Positions 8,949 to 19,247 of a DNA stretch of 64,000 bases are shown here, piece by piece; positions within the stretch are counted from its first letter, which is position 1, and each line of letters opens with the position of its first letter. The stretch is from an uncultured Porphyromonadaceae bacterium (GTDB lineage Bacteria; Bacteroidota; Bacteroidia; Bacteroidales; Muribaculaceae). The DNA lies in contig UQGP01000004.1 in NCBI GenBank assembly GCA_900540625.1, positions 3,607-67,606 of the forward strand. The letters are read 5' to 3'. The notes under the pieces were generated by a model. The model saw nothing but the letters and a program-made list of their open reading frames with translations. It was not told the DNA's origin and did not search any database. The translations under genes were made by a program, and so were the position numbers.

Positions 8949-11792
8949 ATGAAAAAACTTTATGCAACATTGCTTGCCGTCCTCCTCGCCCTGCCGATGA
9001 CGGGACTAAGCAAGACGGTACCGTACGGTAGTGACATCGGCGTAAACAACGCCATTGACCCCGAATGGACCGCTGTAAACAACGGCCTCAGAGGATCCAA
9101 AGGCTTCTCATGGGACCACCAGACATCAGACTTCTCCACCCCGGGAACACAAGGCGGCGTATACCACGCATACGACAGCGACCACGCAGCAAACTGCTGG
9201 GTGATGTCGCCTATGATAACCCTTACCGCCGGCACGGAATACACCGTCAAGCTGTGGACAAAGACGCGCGGCACCGATTCTGAGAAATTCGAAGTACGTA
9301 TGGCCTCCGAGCGCACGTCCGCAGCCATGACCGCCGGCAAACAGCTGATACGCAATGAGGCATATCAGCACTCATCGGACTTCGAGTTGCAACAGGTGAC
9401 GGTTACGGTAGCTGCTACAGGCGACTACTCTTTCGGCATACACTGCTTCAGTGATGCCAACTCATACGATTTCTATGTCACCGGTTTTTCCATAACCGGT
9501 GGTGGCGGCGATCAGCCGGATCCCGGTCCGACTCCATCCACAGCCAAAGCTCTCCCGTATGTGGACGATTTCAGCAGTTCCGCCACATTCGCCGCTGATT
9601 GGAAATCTGTTGCCGGACCCGATGCTGCCACGACTGCAGCTTGGAAATACAACTCATATTCAAAATTCGCAGAATTCGACTCCGCTTCCGGCCTCAAGGA
9701 GGACAACTGGCTTGTGTCTCCGGCCATCAACTTCGATTCCGCCGGCGATTACATACTTAAGGTCACCTGCACCATCTACGGCGACCTCGGCTTTGCCCTC
9801 GGTACTTCCGATACCGATATGAGTGGCTACACTGAGCTGGCTTCGTATGACAACCTCAGCGAATACGACAAGGAGTGCGAAGTACCCTTCACAGTCACCA
9901 CACCCGGCGAATACCATATCGCATTCCACGCAAAAGCTGAAAGCGGCACATATATGGGCTATCGCATCAACTACGTCAAGGTGATGAAGAACCTCCTTGT
10001 GCCGGCACTTGTAACCGACCTGACAGCCGTACCGCAAGGCGATGAACTTAAAGTGAACCTCACATGGACCAACCCCTCCGTAGATCAAAACGGCAAAGCG
10101 CTGACAGAACCGCTGACTATCAAGTTGTACCGCAACGGCGAGTTGTTCCGCGAAATCAGCAATTGCGAAGCCGGCACACCGCTGGGCATCACCGATCGAC
10201 TCGCAGCTGCCGGCGTATACTCGTACTATGTAGTGGCATATAATGCCAACGGCTGCATAGACAAGGAACCCATCACAGTCAGTGCCGGATATGTGGGACA
10301 CCCAACCGCAGCTATACCCTACGCATTTGACGCATCAAAAACCGATAACAACGAGACAGGCAAGTTCACCATACTCGATGGTAATGCCGATGGCAACACT
10401 TGGGTGTTCGATTCGACAAGCTGGAGCAAGTCATTTATGTCAAAAATGCCAACCGGAAAGGAAGCCGATGAATACCTCGCATCGCCCTACCTGCAGCTCT
10501 CCCCGGGCTACTACCGCATGAAAGTTAGCATCAACGCCCGTTACAACAACTATGAGATTGGTTATGCTACTGATCGTCACAATCTCGCATCATCATTCGT
10601 CAAGCTCGATGAGGAAAGCAACGTGCAGGGCTACGGATACCGGACACGCGAAGTCGTGATATCCGTTGACACTGAAGGCGAATACGTGCTCGTCGTGCAC
10701 CACATCGGCAAAACTTCAAGCTCTGCATACTCAGACATAAAGGTTCAGACCCTCGAACTCGCTACGCAAGCAATTCTGCCGCAGCATATCACAGGGCTAA
10801 GAGCATCTGTACTCGAGAATAAGTCTGTTTCCTTGGAATGGGAAAATCCGACACTCGACATCGCAGGCAAAGATCTTGACAGCCACGAGCAACTCGGCTA
10901 TACCATATACTGTGACGGAACGGCCATCCATACAGAGGAAGTATCTGCTCGCCACACACCCGGCAGCAAAGAAACATACGTCGTGAATGACCTTACACCG
11001 GGTGTGCACAAGTTATCCGTATTGGTATGCAACACCAACGGCGAGGCCGAGGGCGATGCTCCATTCGACTATGCATACAACGGCGACTTCACTGAGATAC
11101 CCTACGCGACCACCGACTTCCCCGACTGGCAGGTAGTGTCAATGGCATCGACATATAACACCTGGAAACAAGACGAGGGGACCTCGCTCTATTCCTGGAG
11201 CAAGTACTACGGCACCCCCGATGTAACGTACCTCACTTCTCCCTACTTCAAGCTCGTAGCCGGGCGCATATACAAAGTCAAAGTGACAGCTACAGCCGAT
11301 GACAGAGACATAGAATGGGGTCTCTGCACAGCAAAGGCAGCCAACACCATGGCAATGCACAGCATCCTCTCTAACACCACTCCCGCCGGCACTACACAGG
11401 AATATTCCTTCACTATCAAGGCCGAGAACGCAACATCTTATTCAGCCGGCGATGGTGACGAGGGAGAGTCGATCTACTCCATAGACCCCGCAAACAGCGT
11501 GTTCAGTATCGTTCCGAAGACGCTGGGTAAGGTAACCATCAACGCCTTCAGCCTCGAATTAGACACTAATAGTGCAGTTGACATCGTCCATACACAAGGC
11601 GGCATGTCATACCACGATGGAATGCTTCATTTCACAGGAAAGGCCACGGGCCTTGTCGTATGCGACTTGGCAGGTCGTGTCCTCCTCTCTATGCCGGTTT
11701 GTACGGACAGCGTGCCTCTCACCGCTAAGGGCATGATGATAGCAACCGCAAACATCGACGGCAAGATCGTGACACTCAAAGTAATGAGATAA
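8949..11792 (+). CDS. T9SS cargo carrying three cleaved-adhesin/choice-of-anchor-J-like (MAM-like) domains plus Fn3-like domains
   Basis: The likely start is MKKLYATLLAVLLALPMTGLS at 8949. Three repeated modules contain NWLVSP / YLASPY / YLTSPY motifs and resemble the gingipain/HagA cleaved adhesin fold. They are followed by Fn3-like LTAVPQGDELKVNLTWTNPS. The C-terminus LVVCDLAGRVLL...KIVTLKVMR fits a T9SS CTD. Confidence 0.65.
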   Translation: MKKLYATLLAVLLALPMTGLSKTVPYGSDIGVNNAIDPEWTAVNNGLRGSKGFSWDHQTSDFSTPGTQGGVYHAYDSDHAANCWVMSPMITLTAGTEYTVKLWTKTRGTDSEKFEVRMASERTSAAMTAGKQLIRNEAYQHSSDFELQQVTVTVAATGDYSFGIHCFSDANSYDFYVTGFSITGGGGDQPDPGPTPSTAKALPYVDDFSSSATFAADWKSVAGPDAATTAAWKYNSYSKFAEFDSASGLKEDNWLVSPAINFDSAGDYILKVTCTIYGDLGFALGTSDTDMSGYTELASYDNLSEYDKECEVPFTVTTPGEYHIAFHAKAESGTYMGYRINYVKVMKNLLVPALVTDLTAVPQGDELKVNLTWTNPSVDQNGKALTEPLTIKLYRNGELFREISNCEAGTPLGITDRLAAAGVYSYYVVAYNANGCIDKEPITVSAGYVGHPTAAIPYAFDASKTDNNETGKFTILDGNADGNTWVFDSTSWSKSFMSKMPTGKEADEYLASPYLQLSPGYYRMKVSINARYNNYEIGYATDRHNLASSFVKLDEESNVQGYGYRTREVVISVDTEGEYVLVVHHIGKTSSSAYSDIKVQTLELATQAILPQHITGLRASVLENKSVSLEWENPTLDIAGKDLDSHEQLGYTIYCDGTAIHTEEVSARHTPGSKETYVVNDLTPGVHKLSVLVCNTNGEAEGDAPFDYAYNGDFTEIPYATTDFPDWQVVSMASTYNTWKQDEGTSLYSWSKYYGTPDVTYLTSPYFKLVAGRIYKVKVTATADDRDIEWGLCTAKAANTMAMHSILSNTTPAGTTQEYSFTIKAENATSYSAGDGDEGESIYSIDPANSVFSIVPKTLGKVTINAFSLELDTNSAVDIVHTQGGMSYHDGMLHFTGKATGLVVCDLAGRVLLSMPVCTDSVPLTAKGMMIATANIDGKIVTLKVMR

Positions 11793-11938
11793 TTAGTTCT
11801 TAATATAAGATAGCCGAGAGGGCGTACTCCGTTACGGAGTACGCCCTCTGTTTTCTTCCGTCGTGTAGAATCGATTTGGCTCAATCAGTTGAGAATGAGC
11901 GCAAATGCAAGGAGAATATGCCAAAATAGCGAATTATT

Positions 11939-12047
11939 GTAGGGGCGCAATATATTCGTCCGCAACGACCGGAGCAATTTGGCATAACATCCGGTCATTC
12001 ATCGAGTTGCACTCCTGCTGCTCGGGCGCAATATATTGCGCCCCTAC
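11939..12047. repeat. Perfect 18-bp inverted repeat flanking a spacer of about 73 bp, in a convergent intergenic region
   Basis: The left arm gtaggggcgcaatatatt (11939-11956) pairs with the right arm aatatattgcgcccctac (12030-12047). The right arm also self-folds (gggcgcaatatattgcgccc). Confidence 0.6.
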
Positions 12048-12111
12048 CGAGGCTACCATTATGATACCTCCGCTTATATTTTCACCTTCGGATTGTAGTT
12101 TATGTTCGGGA

Positions 12112-12525
12112 TTAATCGCCGAGGATGGTGGCGACGATGCGACGAGAGCCGCCGTGGTCGCGGAACTCGCAAAGGTATATGCCTTGCCAAATGCCCAAGT
12201 CGAGTAGCCCTTCCGAGATTGGAAGGGTGAGCGTAGAACCTACGATTACGGACTTGGCATGGGAAGGCATATCGTCCGAGCCTTCATCCGTATGCAGGTA
12301 GAACGGCGCGTTCTCGGGTACGAGGCGGTCGAATATGGCGGCGAGGTCGCGCCGCACGTCCGGGTCGGCATTCTCGTTAAGCGCCAAAGCGGCCGAAGTG
12401 TGCTGTATCAGCAGGTGCAGCAGTCCTGTACGGGGCAGTGGCGGCAGTTGTCGCAGCACGTCAGAGGATATGAGGTGAATGCCGCGTGGGTAGGGGCGCA
12501 GGGTGATATGAACTTGCTTGATCAT
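12112..12525 (-). CDS. yjbQ: YjbQ/UPF0047 family protein (secondary thiamine-phosphate synthase-like)
   Basis: The 137-aa ORF contains GLLHLLIQHTSAALALNENADPDVRRDL, which is diagnostic of the YjbQ family. Confidence 0.8.
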   Translation of the reverse strand: MIKQVHITLRPYPRGIHLISSDVLRQLPPLPRTGLLHLLIQHTSAALALNENADPDVRRDLAAIFDRLVPENAPFYLHTDEGSDDMPSHAKSVIVGSTLTLPISEGLLDLGIWQGIYLCEFRDHGGSRRIVATILGD

Positions 12526-12597
12526 AAGTTTTTACGGGTTACAGGTGAGGCGAGGCGCGCGTGCAGATACGGCATTGGCGGTTGCCTCTATTGGATG

Positions 12598-12996
12598 TTA
12601 CGAGACTCCGAGGAGCTCGATATCGAACACCAGGGTCGACCCGCCGGGGATGCCCGGCTGATTGAAGCGGCCATAGCCTTGTTCGGCCGGAATGTAAACC
12701 TCCCAGCGATCGCCTACGTGCATCTGCTGCAATGCTATAATCCATCCGGGAATAAGCTCGCGCAGACGGAAAGCCGGGGCTACGCCAGAGCGGCTGCTGT
12801 CGAACGTTTTACCGTTGATGGTTCGACCGGTGTAATGAGCCACCACCACGCTACTGCGGTTAGGCTTGGGCCCTTTGGGGTTGCCGCTTTTGATGACCTT
12901 GTAAAATATGCCCTTGTCGAGGGCTGTAACGCCCGGCTCGGCAGCCTTGTCCCTGAGCCATTGGCGGTTTCGGTCAATGTATTCCTGCTTGGCCAT
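12598..12996 (-). CDS. FKBP-type peptidyl-prolyl cis-trans isomerase
   Basis: The 132-aa ORF has an FKBP domain (VVVAHYTGRTINGKTFDSS...GWIIALQQMHVGDRWEVYIPAEQGYG...STLVFDIELL). Confidence 0.85.
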   Translation of the reverse strand: MAKQEYIDRNRQWLRDKAAEPGVTALDKGIFYKVIKSGNPKGPKPNRSSVVVAHYTGRTINGKTFDSSRSGVAPAFRLRELIPGWIIALQQMHVGDRWEVYIPAEQGYGRFNQPGIPGGSTLVFDIELLGVS

Positions 12997-13001
12997 AGGT
13001 G

Positions 13002-13772
13002 CTATTTGTCGCTGTCAAAACGTGTGGCCATAGGTGCCACCATATCCATACGGGTCACGTCCGGGCATACCGGGACGATGGAGGTGTATCCTTGGGCGAG
13101 CCAATACTCGTCTGTATCGGTGGCTTCGGGCTCCTCGTTACAAAAACGTCCGGTGAGCCAATAAAATGGATTTTGGTGCGGGTCGATAAAACGCTCGAAT
13201 TCCTCGCTCCAGTGTCCGCGAGCGGCGCGGCACGTGCGTACACCTTTGGGGACGATATGTGCCGGAATGTTGATATTCAATGCCGTAAAATCAGGAAGGC
13301 CATGGGCTACGATGTCAGCGGCCAGCCGAGCCACCTGCGGCGCCGACAGCGAGAAATCGGCTGAGGGCGAATGGTGCAGCAAGGAGAAGCCCACGGCTGT
13401 GATGCCGTTGGTGCATGCTTCCATAACCGCGCCCATAGTGCCCGAATATGTCACCGCGTTTCCGCTATTGCTGCCATGGTTGATGCCCGAGAACAGGAAG
13501 TCCGGACGGCGGGGCATCACCGCGTGCAATCCCAGTTTGACGCAGTCCACCGGTGTGCCCGAGATGCTGAATACTTGTGCTTCGCCGTAGTCGGCATGTC
13601 GGCGTATGCGCAGCGGCCCGTCTACGGTCAGTGCCGAAGATTGACCCGATTGGGGACGTGCCGGCGCAACTATGATGACGTCGCCCAGGGGCATAGCTGC
13701 ATCGGCAAGTGCGCGAATACCTGCGGCCTCGACGCCGTCATCATTAGTTATCATTATCAGAGGTCGTTCCAT
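13002..13772 (-). CDS. surE: 5'/3'-nucleotidase SurE
   Basis: The 256-aa ORF has the N-terminal ITNDDG motif and a SurE fold (GINHGSNSG). Confidence 0.9.
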   Translation of the reverse strand: MERPLIMITNDDGVEAAGIRALADAAMPLGDVIIVAPARPQSGQSSALTVDGPLRIRRHADYGEAQVFSISGTPVDCVKLGLHAVMPRRPDFLFSGINHGSNSGNAVTYSGTMGAVMEACTNGITAVGFSLLHHSPSADFSLSAPQVARLAADIVAHGLPDFTALNINIPAHIVPKGVRTCRAARGHWSEEFERFIDPHQNPFYWLTGRFCNEEPEATDTDEYWLAQGYTSIVPVCPDVTRMDMVAPMATRFDSDK

Positions 13773-14111
13773 TGTCGTATTGTCGTGTTCTTAGCTCCGG
13801 CACGAGCGTCGTGCCGTTATTGCGTTTGTGTATGCAAAGGTACGCATTTTTGACGACAACTTCGGCGTCCGGCGTTCTTCGTATGCCCGTCATCGGCTGT
13901 CGGTACAGGTCTAAGGTAAAACAGAACGCGATAAAGGCAAAAAAAGCCGCGAGACGAAAATTAGGGCCGACGGAGTGGCCCTAAGCGAAAAAAAATTCGT
14001 AAGTTTGTAGAGTAAAACCGTGGACTTCGGACGCATGACGCGGCCGAAGTCTTCGGACGTATATCGAATAATAAGGCAATAATCACACTTACAGCATAAT
14101 ACACCACTATT

Positions 14112-15905
14112 ATGGCGAAGTTGCAACTATACATAACTCGGTCGATGGTGACATTCAATTCGCAATTGAATCTTAATCCCAACGAGGATGTGCGCTCGTA
14201 TGTCAAGGACGTACGCAGCGTATTGTCGACCGTAGACTACGACACTAACGAAAAGAACATATTTTACCTATTGACAGCGGTATCGTCCGGTGTCTTCGTC
14301 ACCATATTGCGCACCATTCCCGATAACGCCGGCGACCACCTTGCCGCTTGGATATTTGTACCGTCGGATATAGAAATAGCGACGGACGACCTTGCATCGG
14401 TGGTCAAGCAGACCACGCGAATCATCTCGGGCGTTAAAGTGAGCAATGATGACGTTGTGACACTACGCACGATATTTGCGCGCGACTATGCCGTGCGCCA
14501 CAATGCTCCGCGTTGCGTACCTATGAATCTGGCGGGCCGGTGGGCTTGGCGTCTTTATGGCGGCGATACGGCTCCGGCGTTGGAGGACTTTCTGGGCGAC
14601 GGATTGTGGCAGCAATGCTATTTGCCGTATTGCGGCATATTGCTGGTAGACGCCGACTTACAGGTGACTCCGAATACCGCCGACCTTACAGCCGAGCCCA
14701 TAGGCCCAACGGCCGCCATTATGCCTCCCGAGAAGAGCGATGACGGCTTTGACCCCTGGGTATTCGGTATGCGTCTTGATGCGCCGGTGCGCGCCACTAT
14801 GGGCGATACGGTGACGGTGACATGGCGTCGTCAAGGCTTTGACGATGTGTCCGAGACCGTTGCGGTGGATGCCGCCGAGGTGACGCCGCGACAGATTTCG
14901 ACGGATGACTCGCGTAAGATTATCACCCCGTCGTCCTTCAAGGTGACATCTCTGGCCACGCATACGCGGATACGCGATTGCGAGATATTGGTCAACGGTC
15001 GCCCCATCACCGCCGAGGGCGCAGCCTTTACGCGCAGCGAGTTGGCGCAGGCTTCGGTGTCGGTTAATGCCGAGGGTTACTTCCCGTACTCGGGACGTAT
15101 GGACCTGGCTACGCTGACACAGGCCCTGATACAATTGTCCGAACGGCGAAAAGTCTACCGCTTTGAGGTGCCGGTGAAGTCCAGCGATTTGGGCGCTCCC
15201 ATCAAATTTGATATTCTGAGCCAAAAAGCGTTGGATGACAGCCCACTGGAAGGCTACGAACTGACGGCGGACATTCAGGAAGGTCAAAGCCGCACCAACC
15301 ATCTGCGCTATACCGGCGCCGGAATGTGGCAGCACCGCCATGCAATATCTTTCGGCGCGGGACTTCTGATAGGCATTGTGCTGATGCTGTTGATGGGTAC
15401 GTGCTCCGGAAGCAAAGATAAGGAAGCACTTGCTCCGGCGGCCAATCCCGACGACACGTCGACGTTGGTATCGGCTCAAGCTCCGACCCCGGCCGCTCCG
15501 ACAGTGATTACCGAAGACAAGACGCAGGAAGAGACCGTACAGCAGCCCGAAACCGCTCAAGCCCCTGCGACAGAAGACGTAAGCACAGACAAACCCGCAA
15601 CCAAGCAGCAGATAGCCGCAGCATGCAAATACCTCGATGACAATAAGGTGTGGACGCGTGCCGATATGGAGAAACAGCCGGCACTGCGAGGCTTGTATGA
15701 CGATATGAACAACTTGCGCTACGAGCGACTTATCGAAGTTTGGGGTCCCAAATTGGCTGATTCGAAGCTCTTTGCGGATGTGGCAAAACATGCCGCCTTG
15801 GGCAAGCACAAAAAAGAACGCGTGCTCAAAGTCGGCAGCACCTACAATCAATCCGGCGACGAGAGCATCAGCCACCAGAGCTACCTCAACCGCATCGACC
15901 CCTGA
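14112..15905 (+). CDS. Hypothetical 597-aa protein with a single-pass membrane topology
   Basis: The ORF has consistent codon usage. An N-terminal domain of about 400 aa shows no recognisable motif. One hydrophobic helix follows (ISFGAGLLIGIVLMLLMGT). Then comes a Pro/Thr/Ala/Gln-rich linker, and a C-terminal domain of about 110 aa. Confidence 0.55.
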   Translation: MAKLQLYITRSMVTFNSQLNLNPNEDVRSYVKDVRSVLSTVDYDTNEKNIFYLLTAVSSGVFVTILRTIPDNAGDHLAAWIFVPSDIEIATDDLASVVKQTTRIISGVKVSNDDVVTLRTIFARDYAVRHNAPRCVPMNLAGRWAWRLYGGDTAPALEDFLGDGLWQQCYLPYCGILLVDADLQVTPNTADLTAEPIGPTAAIMPPEKSDDGFDPWVFGMRLDAPVRATMGDTVTVTWRRQGFDDVSETVAVDAAEVTPRQISTDDSRKIITPSSFKVTSLATHTRIRDCEILVNGRPITAEGAAFTRSELAQASVSVNAEGYFPYSGRMDLATLTQALIQLSERRKVYRFEVPVKSSDLGAPIKFDILSQKALDDSPLEGYELTADIQEGQSRTNHLRYTGAGMWQHRHAISFGAGLLIGIVLMLLMGTCSGSKDKEALAPAANPDDTSTLVSAQAPTPAAPTVITEDKTQEETVQQPETAQAPATEDVSTDKPATKQQIAAACKYLDDNKVWTRADMEKQPALRGLYDDMNNLRYERLIEVWGPKLADSKLFADVAKHAALGKHKKERVLKVGSTYNQSGDESISHQSYLNRIDP

Positions 15906-16094
15906 CGGCCATTGTATCGCTCCCGATGAAAACAGCGAAAAACTTGAGTCAGGGTGCTCAAGTTGCTGATATAAGGGAAAGTATACGGCCACGCTTATCG
16001 GCATTGTCCGGGTGCATATAGATGCGATTCCGTTCTATTTTAGAAGATTACACAACGAACATCATACTTACACAGATACATTCTTAACATTCTT

Positions 16095-18470
16095 ATGAAC
16101 AGCACAAAATTCATATTGGCCATTGCGGCCCTCACCATTGCGGTTCAGGCCTCAGGTCGTGATACCGCCCCGGTGTCCATAGCCAATTATGGAGACGGGA
16201 CTTCGGTGACAGCTAAGGAAATAGCCCCGGGCATTGTCAAAGTGACACATACGCCCTTGGCCAAACACGGCGCAGAGCGTCCCGTCATCACCACAGCCCC
16301 CATTGTCGAAGTCAAGGACTGGGACAATGCACCGTATGCTGCTGCTAAGGTGTCAGATAAGACGCTGACAGTGAGCGCTAAATATAAAGGCTCGTCCATC
16401 ATCGACAAAGGTGTCAAGGCCTTGCCGGTAGGTGCAGACGGAGTCCAACGTTACGCATTGACGGTATCCACCGCCGAAGGCGCATCGCTGTACGGTGGCG
16501 GAGAGCGCGGCTATAGCCTCAATCTGGCCAATGACACGCTGGTAATGTACAATAAGCAAAACTACGGCTATATAGGCAGCGAACGCCGCTTGAAACAGAT
16601 GAATATTTCGATGCCTTTGCTGGTGTCTTCGCATGGATATGCCTTGCTGTTTGACGATTACGGCACTGCGACAATGACCACGGGCAAGGATATCACCTAC
16701 ACCTTTGAGGATACGCGCCCCATATCGTACTACTATGTGGTAGGCGATGATGCTTCGCTTGCGTCCGTGACTACGGCGTTGACAGCGCTGACCGGGCGTC
16801 AGGAGCTGCCGCCGCTGTGGACTCTCGGATACGTCAGCAGCCGATATGGATATCATACAGACGATGAATTGAGCGGCGTAATTGACTCGCTGCAGACGCA
16901 GGGCTACCCCCTGGACGGCGTAGTACTCGACTTGTATTGGTACGGGCGCGAGCAGGATATGGGGCGTCTCGAATGGGACAAGCAGCAATGGCCCGACCCG
17001 GACGGGTTGCTGGAATACCTCAACAAGAAACACATAAACGTAGTCACCATATCCCAGCCCTACGTGCTTCGCAACGGGCGTGGTGTGGACAATTATAATA
17101 CCTTGGCACCCAAGCGTATGTTCGTAATGAATAAGGATAGTGTAGACCGTCCGCTGAATGTTACCATCTGGGTGGGACAAGGCGGAATGTTTGACGTCTC
17201 GAATCCGCATACGCGTCAATGGCTGGTCGATCGCTACGGCGCTTTGTCTGACCGCGGCGTAAGTGCCTGGTGGGGCGACTTGGGCGAACCCGAGGTACAT
17301 CCCGAAAACGGTCTGCACGCCAATGGCCTGCTTACGCGTCAATACCATAACCTCTACGGCAACGATTGGAGCAGTATTGTGTACGACATGCACAAGGCAA
17401 AGTACCCCGACCGTCGTATGATGACCATGATGCGCGGCGGCACTACCGGCTTGCAGCGCTACAACGTCTTCCCCTGGTCCACAGATGTATCGCGCACTTG
17501 GGGCGGACTTGAACCGCAGATACGCATAATGATTAATTCCGGACTCTCGGGCCTGGGATATATGGGCCATGATGTCGGCGGATTCTCCATCATCGATCAG
17601 GAACACCCCACGGATGACGAACTATATGTGCGCTGGATGCAATTGGGCGTATTCTCGCCGATGCTTCGTACCCATGCCCAGTATAAAGCCGAACCGTACA
17701 ACTACCCCAAATACGCGTCACTGTTGCTATCGCTGGTCAAAGAGCGCTATCGTTGGCTTCCGTATAACTACACCCTGACGTGGGAAAATGCCACCAAGGG
17801 CTGGCCGCTGGTGCGTCCGCTTGATTTCCACGATGCCACGGCCGCAGGTCGCTATGACGGCATTACCGATCAATTTCTTTGGGGTCGAGACATTATGGTC
17901 GCTCCGGTGATGACGCAGGGAGCGGTACAACGTCCCGTTGTATTCCCCGAAGGCAGCGACTGGGTGGATATCCATGCGCCGTTGAAGGTGTATAAGGGCG
18001 GTACGGTGACCAATTACGACGCAGCCATAGACCGCACTCCGATATTTGCACGTGCAGGCTCGTTTATCGTTACGGCCGACTACCCGATGAAATCCACGGC
18101 TCAATATCGTAATAACCGCTACCATATAGACTATTATCCCCTGGCCGGGAAGCAAACTTTCTCGACACTCTTCGAGGATGATATGACTACCCCCACCACG
18201 ATAGGGCACAATCAGGGTCGCGTCATAAGCATGAGCGGCAACGATACCGGGAAGCAGATAGACGTAGTGCTCAGTGCCCAAGGTGATTATGTAGGAGCCA
18301 AGGATTATAAAACAATCACCTTGGTGTTCAACGGTCTGCGCAAACAGCCGCGCTATATCGAGGCCGACGGTCGCAGCGTCAGTGTGTCGTACGACAAGAA
18401 ACTCGGTACGGCCACCGTATCTTTTGCATGGAACGTTGCACGTCCCATGTACATCATTCTTCGAAAATAA
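16095..18470 (+). CDS. Secreted glycoside hydrolase family 31 (alpha-glucosidase-like)
   Basis: The 791-aa ORF has a signal peptide. GH31 signatures are PPLWTLGYVSSRYGY, the nucleophile region SAWWGDLGEPE, the acid/base region GHDVGGF and ELYVRWMQLGVFSPMLRTHA. Confidence 0.75.
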   Translation: MNSTKFILAIAALTIAVQASGRDTAPVSIANYGDGTSVTAKEIAPGIVKVTHTPLAKHGAERPVITTAPIVEVKDWDNAPYAAAKVSDKTLTVSAKYKGSSIIDKGVKALPVGADGVQRYALTVSTAEGASLYGGGERGYSLNLANDTLVMYNKQNYGYIGSERRLKQMNISMPLLVSSHGYALLFDDYGTATMTTGKDITYTFEDTRPISYYYVVGDDASLASVTTALTALTGRQELPPLWTLGYVSSRYGYHTDDELSGVIDSLQTQGYPLDGVVLDLYWYGREQDMGRLEWDKQQWPDPDGLLEYLNKKHINVVTISQPYVLRNGRGVDNYNTLAPKRMFVMNKDSVDRPLNVTIWVGQGGMFDVSNPHTRQWLVDRYGALSDRGVSAWWGDLGEPEVHPENGLHANGLLTRQYHNLYGNDWSSIVYDMHKAKYPDRRMMTMMRGGTTGLQRYNVFPWSTDVSRTWGGLEPQIRIMINSGLSGLGYMGHDVGGFSIIDQEHPTDDELYVRWMQLGVFSPMLRTHAQYKAEPYNYPKYASLLLSLVKERYRWLPYNYTLTWENATKGWPLVRPLDFHDATAAGRYDGITDQFLWGRDIMVAPVMTQGAVQRPVVFPEGSDWVDIHAPLKVYKGGTVTNYDAAIDRTPIFARAGSFIVTADYPMKSTAQYRNNRYHIDYYPLAGKQTFSTLFEDDMTTPTTIGHNQGRVISMSGNDTGKQIDVVLSAQGDYVGAKDYKTITLVFNGLRKQPRYIEADGRSVSVSYDKKLGTATVSFAWNVARPMYIILRK

Positions 18471-18554
18471 ATAGTAGGGCACGATATAGCCTACCATACC
18501 GGCAGATATAGCCTACCATACTGAAGTTAAACGAGATATAAACAATAACACGAT

Positions 18555-19160
18555 ATGTTTTCAGGAATAGTTGAAGAAGCCGGCACCGTAGTGGCCGCGC
18601 GCCGTGATGACGGCAACCTGCAACTGACGATACGTTGCTCGTTTGTCAACGAGTTGTCCATAGATCAGTCTGTTGCGCATAACGGAGTATGCCTCACAGT
18701 GGTAGACATTGATGGCGATACATATACGGTGACTGCAATTCAGGAAACCTTGGAACGCAGCAACCTCGGACGCCTGGCCGTAGGCGACTTGGTCAACCTC
18801 GAGAGGTCGATGCGTCTGTCCGACCGTTTGGACGGGCATATAGTCCAGGGACACGTGGATACGACAGCCGTATGCACGGATATACAGAGTGTGGACGGCA
18901 GCCGCTACTACACTTTTGAGTATACCGTATCCGACGATATGGCGGCGCAGGGATATGTCACTGTCGAGAAAGGGTCGGTGACGGTCAACGGTGTCAGCCT
19001 TACGGTATGCGACAGCCGGCCGCGCAGTTTCCGCGTAGCCATCATTCCCTACACATACGAGCACACCAATTTCTGCCGCCTCGGTGTCGGCTCGCAGGTC
19101 AATATCGAGTTCGATATCATAGGCAAGTACATTGCCCGCCTCGCCACCTTCGGCAAGTAA
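18555..19160 (+). CDS. ribE: Riboflavin synthase alpha chain
   Basis: The 201-aa ORF begins MFSGIVEEAGTV and has the duplicated lumazine-binding repeats (NGVCLTVV / NGVSLTV). Confidence 0.9.
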   Translation: MFSGIVEEAGTVVAARRDDGNLQLTIRCSFVNELSIDQSVAHNGVCLTVVDIDGDTYTVTAIQETLERSNLGRLAVGDLVNLERSMRLSDRLDGHIVQGHVDTTAVCTDIQSVDGSRYYTFEYTVSDDMAAQGYVTVEKGSVTVNGVSLTVCDSRPRSFRVAIIPYTYEHTNFCRLGVGSQVNIEFDIIGKYIARLATFGK

Positions 19161-19183
19161 GCGGAAGAATCTACAATAATGCA

Positions 19184-19230
19184 ATTGGGGCCGCCCGAAC
19201 ATTACGCCGGGTGGCCCCAATTGTATTCTT
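19184..19230. terminator. Bidirectional terminator hairpin between ribE (+) and the HAD gene (-)
   Basis: aattggggccgcccg-aacattac-gccgggtggccccaatt is a GC-rich stem with flanking T/A runs. Confidence 0.45.
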
Positions 19231-19247
19231 GCTTCGTTGCGGACGCG

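Noticed and set aside
12259-13164. 301-aa plus-strand ORF
   Set aside because: It is antisense to yjbQ and the FKBP gene, and is Arg/Gly/Val-rich in the way typical of spurious ORFs in GC-rich antisense frames. The same reasoning applies to 14658-16004, 16353-17606, 26926-28155, 30491-31669, 33980-35758, 40724-41779, 43350-44339 and 48448-49308.
18470-18555. FMN riboswitch upstream of ribE
   Set aside because: The intergenic gap is only about 85 nt and lacks the conserved FMN aptamer core. It is too short for a riboswitch.
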